From assembly GCA_963422615.1 (NCBI GenBank), contig OY730414.1, positions 806,001 through 870,000 of the forward strand: DNA of 64,000 bases, in the 5' to 3' direction. This DNA comes from Longimicrobiales bacterium. Lineage in GTDB: Bacteria > Gemmatimonadota > Gemmatimonadetes > Longimicrobiales > Gaopeijiaceae. The position numbers and the translations under genes were made by a program. How positions within the stretch are numbered: the stretch's first letter is position 1; every line of letters begins with the position of its first letter. The notes under the pieces are model-generated. The model saw only the letters and a program-made list of their open reading frames with translations. It ran no database searches and was not told the DNA's origin. This document shows positions 29,401 to 35,688 of the stretch, piece after piece.

Positions 29401-29796
29401 GCTTCCGATGCCCTTGCTCAGCTGCCGGGGTTCACCGCCAGTGGCAGGCATCAGCCACACGTTGTTGTCGCCGCTGCGGTCGGAGACGAAGACGATTCGC
29501 TCCCCGTCGGGGCTGAAGCGCGGCTGCATGTCGTGCGCCAATCCGCTGGTAAGACGGTTCGCTTCACCCCCTTCGGCTGGTATCGTGTAGAGGTCACCCA
29601 GGAGGTCGAAGACGATCGTGCTTCCGTCAGGGCTCATGTCCAGGGAGATCCAGGTGCCTTCGCTGGTCGTGAAACGGGCCCAGCGGGCAGCTTCCAGAGG
29701 AAGCCCCCGGTCTGGGTCCGCCTCCTGGGCTTGCGTGGAGAGCGGTGGAAGCAGAAAGAGGGCAGCCGTGATGAGGCCGCGGTCAAACAGACGCAT
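26431..29796 (-). CDS. secreted amidohydrolase family protein with N-terminal TolB/PD40 beta-propellers (paralog 1)
   Basis: Signal peptide, many SPDG repeats, PGFVDTHAH, GVTTTRDP, GSIEAGKLADLVILDANP. Confidence 0.9.
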   Translation of the reverse strand: MRLFDRGLITAALFLLPPLSTQAQEADPDRGLPLEAARWARFTTSEGTWISLDMSPDGSTIVFDLLGDLYTIPAEGGEANRLTSGLAHDMQPRFSPDGERIVFVSDRSGDNNVWLMPATGGEPRQLSKGIGSRFLSPDWMPDGKYIVVSRAAPRRGLEKLWLYHVDGGTGLEMVGGSGRMMGPAVDSEGRYVWYAQRMGMWSYNAILPQYQLWVYDRRTGTRTPMTNRYGSAFRPAVSPDGQWLAYGSRDDAETGIRLRELASGEERWLAYPVQRDDQESTANMDVLPGYTFTPGSDALVLSYGGRIWRVPVDGTDPAEIPFTAQAEVAIGPEVEFEYPIQDTPTFTVKQIRDARPSPDGGRIAFTALDRLYIADLPDGTPRRLTDDPVGEYHPAWSPDGRYVAYVTWDDDSGEGHIRRVEADGGSTSTLTTTPAYYQQIAWSPDGRRIVSIRSSRRNVQEAIDPFIGFGLDSEFVWIPADGGDATTIGPTGGRRMPHFTADPDRIYYYGFARADPVPGSPSAPPRTLALTSARWDDTDVKSHLRVTARIDFSAGGVPDGYRLSETSDLVLPQEFDDDQPRELVPRQSAGFVMMAPRGDLALAQVGDNLYAVTVPGLGATLPEVDVFKPDSAAVPVRRLNELGIEFPAWGADGRTAHWSLGNALFTYDLDAAENDPAYVPSEQQIGVTAQRDIPQGVVVLRGARAITMNGDEVIENADIVITNNRITTVSAGPGVVPEGAEVIDVAGKTIVPGFVDTHAHMWNLWGFHWSRPWIYQANLAYGVTTTRDPQTATTDVLSYEDRVRAGEIVGPRIYHTGPGVFAFDFVRSYEHAVDVLRKYSRYYDTKTFKMYMSGNRRQRQWLIMAARELELMPTTEGGLDYRLNMTHAMDGYPGIEHSMPIVPAYQDVVELFAASGTVNSPTLLVSYGGPWAENYFYTHEDIFGDQKLTHFTPKRELDFKARRLQTTGPGPGGWFMDEEYAFRKHSGWLAQLVADGGKTGVGSHGQLQGLGYHWELWALQSGGMREHDALRAATIMGARAIGLGRDLGSIEAGKLADLVILDANPLDDIRNTNTVSQVMMNGRLYDGNTLDELWPRMRPAPDEPWRHAAPDVRAGISGDGR

Positions 29797-29944
29797 GCGC
29801 CGACTCCGTGTGCGACGGTGAGTTGTGTTGCCGGTACCCGGGACGGATCGAAGCTCCCGGGGGCCACTGCGTAAATATGTACGAAGGAATACGTACGAGG
29901 GAAATCATATCATAGTGTCACGGATTGCCGGGGGCCACCAAGCG

Positions 29945-30224
29945 ATGTCACTGCCGCTTGGCGGAACGCCCCCCGGATCATCGAGCAACCCGGAGTTCCA
30001 GAACGCCAAGTCCCGGATCGGCCGAGGCCATTTCTACCTGGATCCGCCGCTGCGGCTCACCCGCAAGTTTTTGCGGCAACGACCTTGGGTATCGGCGACT
30101 GCCCGGCCAGCTGCTGCCGTTGAAAAAACTCGAACGCGAGATGTCTTGCGGATTGCCCTACGAGCGTGATCTCCTGAACGTCATCCGGCAGGCCGGGGGG
30201 TGCCGGCGGTTCAGCTCGTCCTGA
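29945..30224 (+). pseudogene. gene remnant of unknown identity
   Basis: Two offset frames with gene-like, GC3-rich codons (SNPEFQNAKSRIGRGHFYLDPPLRLTRKF / NDLGYRRLPGQLLPLKKLERE...ERDLLNVIRQAG); no intact gene. Confidence 0.3.
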
Positions 30225-30254
30225 TTGGGATCGTTCCGTGATCGGATTCGCCGC

Positions 30255-30921
30255 ATTGGTGCCCGCCCGGACCGCCGTGCCGCGAGTGTTGCGTCCCCGG
30301 GCGACCCATGAGTGCTGTCCGTTGTTCGAGACCGGGAGGGACAGGGGAGAGTTGTGGTCGGAGCGGCTAGCGTATAACGTGGCACGCCGGATCGGTTGGC
30401 GTCTTCCAACGAAAAGGCCCGAATGCTTTTACTCGCTGCGAGCTGTCTGGGGCCGAGGCTGTGAACACCCGGGAGAATGAACCGAGAACCTGCGAACAAG
30501 GCACCCGATGACCTCCTCCAAGTCCCTCCGCTGGCTCCTGACCGTCCTCGCCGCCTTGGCCTGCGAGGACACCCCTACCAAACTGCCGGTTTCGGCCGAA
30601 GACCGGGTTGTGCTGGAGGTGCTGTACGCGGCCACGGCCGGGCGGAACTGGTTGAGGAGCGCGAACTGGCTGACGGATGCGCCCCTATACGAATGGTACG
30701 GGGTGGATACCGACGACGCCGGGCGAGTGACGCGCCTGAACCTTGTCTCCAACCGTCTTACCGGGCCGATTCCGGCGACCTTTCTGCAACTTACCGAGCT
30801 CACCCATTTGCTCATCCAAAGAAACGATGGCCTGTGCGTCCCCGACACACCTGCCTTCCAGGCGTGGCTGAACGCCCTGGCGTACCATGATACCACGATG
30901 TGCCCCAAACTACTGTCCACT
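30255..30921 (+). repeat. copy 1 of the duplicated LRR-lipoprotein unit (~250-bp upstream region, signal, N-cap, C-cap)
   Basis: Near-identical to 31321-33037 apart from the internal repeats; both start ATTGGTGC and end ACTGTCCACT. Confidence 0.95.
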
Positions 30922-30981
30922 TCGACCGGAGGAAATGTGTTTCGCCTACACCCCGCAAAACGGCGTATCTCTATAGTATAG
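30508..30981 (+). CDS. short LRR lipoprotein (N-cap joined directly to the terminal repeat and C-cap)
   Basis: Lipobox LAALAC; DR..L..LY.AT.G.NW...NWL...P...W.GV N-cap; a single LTGPIP; LCVP..AF..WL C-cap. Confidence 0.75.
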   Translation: MTSSKSLRWLLTVLAALACEDTPTKLPVSAEDRVVLEVLYAATAGRNWLRSANWLTDAPLYEWYGVDTDDAGRVTRLNLVSNRLTGPIPATFLQLTELTHLLIQRNDGLCVPDTPAFQAWLNALAYHDTTMCPKLLSTSTGGNVFRLHPAKRRISIV

Positions 30982-31320
30982 CAGTGTTTCGGGGCCATGG
31001 GGGGGATCTGGAAGGCACAAGAGGGAGCCTACGCTCCTACGCTCCTAAAGGGAACGTACGGGGGGCTTCCCTGGAGGTCAGCCCCCGAAGTTCCTAAAGA
31101 CAACCCCTCCCGCCAAAAGTGGCAGCCCGGAGGGATTACCGGGGCTTGCCGGGTGGTAGTACCTTGCGAGGGTGCGGCAGGGCGGCGAAGCGGGCCGGGT
31201 GGCTGGCCGGGAGCTCGCGATGCGAGGACGATGACGAAGAGGTCGGGTGCGGATGCGGGTGCTTCATGTTTGTTTTGTTCTTGTGGTTTGGGTGCTCTTA
31301 AGCGGGTAAGGGGGTTGTGG

Positions 31321-33037
31321 ATTGGTGCGCGCCCGGACCGCCGTGCCGCGAGTGTTGCGTCCCCGGGCGACCCATGAGTGCTGTCCGTTGTTCGAGACCG
31401 GGAGGGACAGGGGAGAGTTGCGGTCGGAGCGGCTAGCGTGTAACGTGGCACGCCGGATCGGTTGGCGTCTTCCAACGAAATGCCACGAAAGGCCGAATGC
31501 TTTTACTCGCTGCGAGCTGTCTGGGGCCGAGGCTGTGAACACCCGGGAGAATGAACCGAGAACCTGCGAACCTACAAGGCACCCGATGACCTTCCCCAAG
31601 TCCCTCCGCTGGCTCCTGACCGTCCTCGCCGCCTTGGCCTGCGAGGACACCCCTACCGACGAGGACACCCCTACCGAACTGCCGGTTTCGGCCGAAGACC
31701 GGGTTGTGCTGGAGGTGCTGTACGCGGCCACGGACGGGCCGAACTGGTTGAGGAGCGTGAACTGGCTGACGGATGCGCCCCTACACGATTGGTACGGGGT
31801 GGATACCGACGACGCCGGGCGAGTGACGCGCCTGCACCTCGTTGGAAACTATCTTACCGGGCCGATTCCGGCGGAACTCGGCGACCTCGCCAACCTGGCA
31901 TACTTGCACCTCTACTCCAACGATCTTACCGGGCCGATTCCGGCGGAACTCGGCGACCTCGCCAACCTGGAATACTTGTACCTCGGCTCCAACGATCTTA
32001 CCGGGCCGATTCCGGCGGAACTCGGCGACCTCGCCAACCTGGAATACCTGAACCTCAGCTACAACGATCTCACCGGGCCGATTCCGGCGGAACTCGGCGA
32101 CCTCGCCAACCTGGAATACCTGAACCTCAGCAACAACGATCTCACCGGGCCGATTCCGGCGGAACTCGGCGACCTCGCCAACCTGGAATGGCTGAACCTC
32201 GGCTCCAGCCGTCTTACCGGGCCGATTCCGGCGGAACTCGGCGACCTCGCCAACCTGAAAACCCTGGGCCTCGGCGCCACCGATCTTACCGGGCCGATTC
32301 CGGCGGAACTCGGCGACCTCGCCAACCTGGAATACCTGGACCTCGGCTACAGCCGTCTTACCGGGCCGATTCCGGCGGAACTCGGCGACCTCGCCAACCT
32401 GGAAGGGCTATACCTCGGCGGCAACGGTCTTACCGGGCCGATCGGTCTTACCGGGCCGATTCCGGCGGAACTCGGCGACCTCGCCAACCTGGAATCCCTG
32501 GGCCTCGGCGGCAACGGTCTTACCGGGCCGATTCCGGCGGAACTCGGCGACCTCGCCAACCTGGAATCCCTGGACCTCGGCTACAACTATCTTACCGGGC
32601 CGATTCCGGCGGAACTCGGCGACCTCGCCAACCTGAAATACTTGCACCTCGGCGGCAACGATCTCACCGGGATTCCGGCGGAACTCGGCGACCTCGCCAA
32701 CCTGAAATACTTGCACCTCGGCGGCAACGATCTCACCGGGATTCCGGCGGAACTCGGCGACCTCGCCAACCTGGATTACCTGAACCTCGAGGACAACGGT
32801 CTTACCGGGCCGATTCCGGCGGAACTCGGCAACCTCGCCAACCTGAGAGTCCTGCGGATCGAGGACAACCATCTTACCGGGCCGATTCCGGAGACCTTTC
32901 TGCAACTTACCACGCTCGAGGTTTTGTACATCCAAGGAAACGATGGCCTGTGCGTCCCCGACACACCTGCCTTCCAGGCGTGGCTGAACGCCATTGCGTT
33001 CCATAAAACCACGATGTGCCCCAAAGTACTGTCCACT
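31321..33037 (+). repeat. copy 2 of the duplicated LRR-lipoprotein unit
   Basis: Same boundaries as copy 1, with 14 internal LRR repeats inserted. Confidence 0.95.
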
Positions 33038-33145
33038 CAGCCCCGCGCTGCTCTGCGAAGTGCGACGGTCAGGGCTTGGACGCGGCCCCCCCCCTGTCGT
33101 CTCGCACGTGAGGGTTTTCCGCCACCGTTTTGTGGACCACTTTAG
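31586..33145 (+). CDS. leucine-rich repeat lipoprotein (24-aa plant-receptor-like LRR, 16 beta-strand units)
   Basis: ATG 31586; lipobox LAALAC; repeats xxLxLxxNxLTGPIPAELGDLANL; Cys-containing C-cap. Confidence 0.95.
   Translation: MTFPKSLRWLLTVLAALACEDTPTDEDTPTELPVSAEDRVVLEVLYAATDGPNWLRSVNWLTDAPLHDWYGVDTDDAGRVTRLHLVGNYLTGPIPAELGDLANLAYLHLYSNDLTGPIPAELGDLANLEYLYLGSNDLTGPIPAELGDLANLEYLNLSYNDLTGPIPAELGDLANLEYLNLSNNDLTGPIPAELGDLANLEWLNLGSSRLTGPIPAELGDLANLKTLGLGATDLTGPIPAELGDLANLEYLDLGYSRLTGPIPAELGDLANLEGLYLGGNGLTGPIGLTGPIPAELGDLANLESLGLGGNGLTGPIPAELGDLANLESLDLGYNYLTGPIPAELGDLANLKYLHLGGNDLTGIPAELGDLANLKYLHLGGNDLTGIPAELGDLANLDYLNLEDNGLTGPIPAELGNLANLRVLRIEDNHLTGPIPETFLQLTTLEVLYIQGNDGLCVPDTPAFQAWLNAIAFHKTTMCPKVLSTQPRAALRSATVRAWTRPPPCRLAREGFPPPFCGPL
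31856..32845 (+). repeat. intragenic ~72-bp tandem array: 14 scaffolds (42 bp) alternating with 30-bp variable windows
   Basis: ACCGGGCCGATTCCGGCGGAACTCGGCGACCTCGCCAACCTG: 11 exact copies, 2 lacking one CCG codon, 1 with GAC>AAC. Confidence 0.97.
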
Positions 33146-33224
33146 GAGGCCGGAGGCCGCTTCCTGCCCTCCAAGCAGCGACTTGATCCGCGCGGCGATC
33201 TCATCCGAGATGGCCCTGATGTCG

Positions 33225-34337
33225 TCAATCCTCACAGGGGAATGCCGTGTCATCATAGTCGAGTACCGGCGGGCAAGAGATAATCCTGCCGTTGCGGTTG
33301 GCCACGCCGGCAATGATGCTCCTGTCAATGTCGTCCCTGGGCTTGTTGGCGCCAGCCCCGGCAAGCGTGGCGCTTTCGGTCCACTCGTCGTAATCCGTCC
33401 TCCAGATCTCCCATAGCGGCTCGCACGGCGACGAGTCCCGCTCGGGCCGCAAGGGCGGGGAGCCCGAGTTGGGGTCGCAGTCACCGAATGCCCAGTCGGG
33501 CACGTTGCCGCAACAGAACAGCTGTGAGCCTACCGCGAGGTTATCGATGAAAACGGGCTTTGCGGAAGTATCACGGCCGGGCACGTAGTGGTTCCGCATG
33601 ATCTGGGCTTTGGTCGGGGATCCATGAGCGTTTGAGTTTTGGATCTCAATCGCCTTTCTCCCCGGGTTAAAGATGACGTTTCCGATCACCTCGACCTTCG
33701 TTCTGCCGTCGATGCGCGGGTTGCGTTTGTCGTTGGAAGCGAAAACGTTCCGAAGCACGCTCACGCCTTTTGCTCCGGGCCCGATGAGCAAGCCCATTGA
33801 ATGCGGCCCGTAGCGGTGTTCGGCCTCGTGGAGGCCTTGCGCGATTAGGCAATTCGAAATCGTCACGTTCTCGATGGCGTACGTCGTGTTTTCGTTCCAG
33901 AGCTGGATGTTTTCGTCCGTGGCCCATGTCGCCGAGCATTGGTCGATGACGACGTTTCGGATGCCGGATTTGGCCTTGCAGGTAAGGTAAATGGCGATCC
34001 CGTCCCGGGTGTCCGGCGATCCCCCCGTGCGACCGGGCCTGGTGCGCATATGCCGCACGATTACTTCGCTTGCCCGGATCGAGATGCCCCTGCCTACGAG
34101 AGTGATTCCGGGCGCGGGAGCGGTCTCGCCGTCAAGAGTGATGTACGGGCTTTCGATGACGAGATCGCTCTCCAGCCTAATGACCCCGCCGACGCTGAAC
34201 TCGATCTTCCTGCGTCCCGTGCTGGCGCACGCTTCGCGAAGTGAGCCCGGCCCGCTGTCGCTAAGGCAGGTGACCTTGACGGCCTTGCCGTCTTTGCCAC
34301 CAACTGTATTTGCGCCGAAGCCTTCGTATGAAGTCAT
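33225..34337 (-). CDS. pectate lyase-like (PL1-type) right-handed beta-helix protein, no signal peptide
   Basis: EGFGA.T.GG..G...V..L.DSGPGSLR.A, ITLDGETAP.PGI, VIDQCS..WATDE, RNP; RBS AAGGAG. Confidence 0.88.
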   Translation of the reverse strand: MTSYEGFGANTVGGKDGKAVKVTCLSDSGPGSLREACASTGRRKIEFSVGGVIRLESDLVIESPYITLDGETAPAPGITLVGRGISIRASEVIVRHMRTRPGRTGGSPDTRDGIAIYLTCKAKSGIRNVVIDQCSATWATDENIQLWNENTTYAIENVTISNCLIAQGLHEAEHRYGPHSMGLLIGPGAKGVSVLRNVFASNDKRNPRIDGRTKVEVIGNVIFNPGRKAIEIQNSNAHGSPTKAQIMRNHYVPGRDTSAKPVFIDNLAVGSQLFCCGNVPDWAFGDCDPNSGSPPLRPERDSSPCEPLWEIWRTDYDEWTESATLAGAGANKPRDDIDRSIIAGVANRNGRIISCPPVLDYDDTAFPCED

Positions 34338-34410
34338 TCTGGTTCTCCTTCTGTTTGAGTTCCGTTTGCGAAAATCGTGCCTGGATCCAGTGCGACAACG
34401 AAGATGGATA

Positions 34411-34528
34411 TCAGAGCCTCAACGCGTCGATGCGTTCTTTGAGAGCAAGGCGTCGGTTCGGTGGTTCAACTCGTTTGAGTCCTGATGATCGCGGCACGGG
34501 TGTACTTCAGCAGGTAGGACGACTCCAT
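34411..34528 (-). pseudogene. RelE/ParE-like toxin N-terminal remnant (frameshifted, truncated)
   Basis: GGAGG RBS and ATG 34528: MESSYLLKYTRAAI, continuing in a shifted frame as GLKRVEPPNRRLALKERIDALRL*. This fits the RelE N-terminal pattern (Y.L.Y...A...LK.l....R..l...I..L). Confidence 0.55.
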
Positions 34529-34535
34529 CCTCCAC

Positions 34536-34750
34536 CTAGTCGACGATCTCTCGGAGCGCGGCTTCCAGTTCGGCTCCTTCGACCAGCTGGCCGGGGTTGC
34601 GGTCGATTTCCGCGATCCGCTCCCTGGCCACCTGTGCGTCGGCCTGTGGCCCCGTACATCTTCGATGATCCGAATCAATGGTATGGCCTGGATGGCCGAC
34701 TGCGCAACCTCTGCCAAGTGGACTTCACGGCTTTTGCGGGCGAGCTTCCC
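34536..34750 (-). pseudogene. type II antitoxin remnant (frameshifted)
   Basis: ...AIPLIRIIEDVR then, after a frameshift near 34650, QADAQVARERIAEIDRNPGQLVEGAELEAALREIVD*; ends 7 nt before the toxin-like ATG. Confidence 0.5.
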
Positions 34751-34753
34751 TGA

Positions 34754-35668
34754 ATGACTTCCCCTGTACCCAGGAACATCGCACTGATTTCCGTGTCCAT
34801 CGATCTGGGCGCCGGCCGCCGAGGCGTCGATATGGGTCCCTCGGCGCTGCGGATTGCGGGGATCACCGAACAGTTGGAATCCATCGGACACCGGGTGATC
34901 GAGACCGGCACGGTCACGGCGGGTGGACTCGAGACCGTCGCCGCGGGCGAAAGCGGGCTCCGCTTCCTGGACGAGATTGCCGACGTGGCCCAGCGCACCC
35001 GGACACTGGTCAAAGGTAGCCTTGAACGGGGCTATACGCCCCTTATCCTGGGCGGGGACCACTCTCTCTCCATCGGTTCGGTCGCGGCGGTGGCAGATCA
35101 CTACCGGAAGGACGAAGAGCGGATCGGGGTCATCTGGGTCGATGCCCACAGCGACATGAACCGGCCCCACACCACCCCGAGCGGCAACATCCACGGGATG
35201 CCCCTCGCGATCCTTCTAGGCTACGGAGAAGAACGGTTGATGGGGCCATTGCCGAGCGTCCGCCCGGAAAATGTGAGCGTTCTGGGTGCGCGCGAAGTGG
35301 ATCCGGGGGAGAAGAGGCTGATCGCCGAGCTGGGGGTACGGGTCTTCACCATGTCGGAAATCGATGAACGGGGTGTGAGTCCGTGCATCGACGAGGCCCT
35401 CAAGCGCGCCAACGCCGGGACCCGGGGCTTCCACCTTTCCCTGGATATCGACGCCCTCGACCCCCGGCTGGCTCCCGGGGTGGGAACCCCGGTGCAGGGC
35501 GGCCTGACCTACCGCGAGGGCCACTTGGTCTGTGAAAAGGCGTCGCGCTCCGGGCGGCTGGTGAGCCTGGAGGTGGTCGAGCTCAACCCCGTCCTCGACG
35601 ACCGCAACCACACGGCCGTCCTCGCGGTTGGCTTGGTCACGTCCGCTCTCGGCAAAACAATCCTGTAG
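34754..35668 (+). CDS. rocF: arginase
   Basis: GAGRRGVDMGPSALR, LGGDHS, WVDAHSDMN, SGNIHGMP, HLSLDIDALDP..APGVGTPV.GG, VELNP. Confidence 0.95.
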   Translation: MTSPVPRNIALISVSIDLGAGRRGVDMGPSALRIAGITEQLESIGHRVIETGTVTAGGLETVAAGESGLRFLDEIADVAQRTRTLVKGSLERGYTPLILGGDHSLSIGSVAAVADHYRKDEERIGVIWVDAHSDMNRPHTTPSGNIHGMPLAILLGYGEERLMGPLPSVRPENVSVLGAREVDPGEKRLIAELGVRVFTMSEIDERGVSPCIDEALKRANAGTRGFHLSLDIDALDPRLAPGVGTPVQGGLTYREGHLVCEKASRSGRLVSLEVVELNPVLDDRNHTAVLAVGLVTSALGKTIL

Positions 35669-35688
35669 GCGTAGTCGAGCACGGGTCC

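Noticed and set aside
30380..30395. Sigma-54 promoter TGGCACG in the LRR upstream region (also at ~31447)
   Set aside because: The -12 element reads ATCG, lacking the required GC at the correct spacing.
30255..30921. Copy 1 as a DGR template repeat for copy 2
   Set aside because: Differences between the copies are not confined to adenines of either copy (e.g. TCC/TTC, CGG/CCG, GCG/GTG), and no reverse transcriptase is in the window.
31856..32845. CRISPR array (constant 42-bp repeat with 30-bp 'spacers')
   Set aside because: The period is a codon multiple, the 'spacers' are mutually homologous and encode LRR strands in one ORF, and there are no cas genes or leader.
31789..33006. 405-aa repetitive ORF (RADSGGTRRPRQP repeats)
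   Set aside because: It is an alternative frame of the LRR array, open only because the repeat unit lacks stops.
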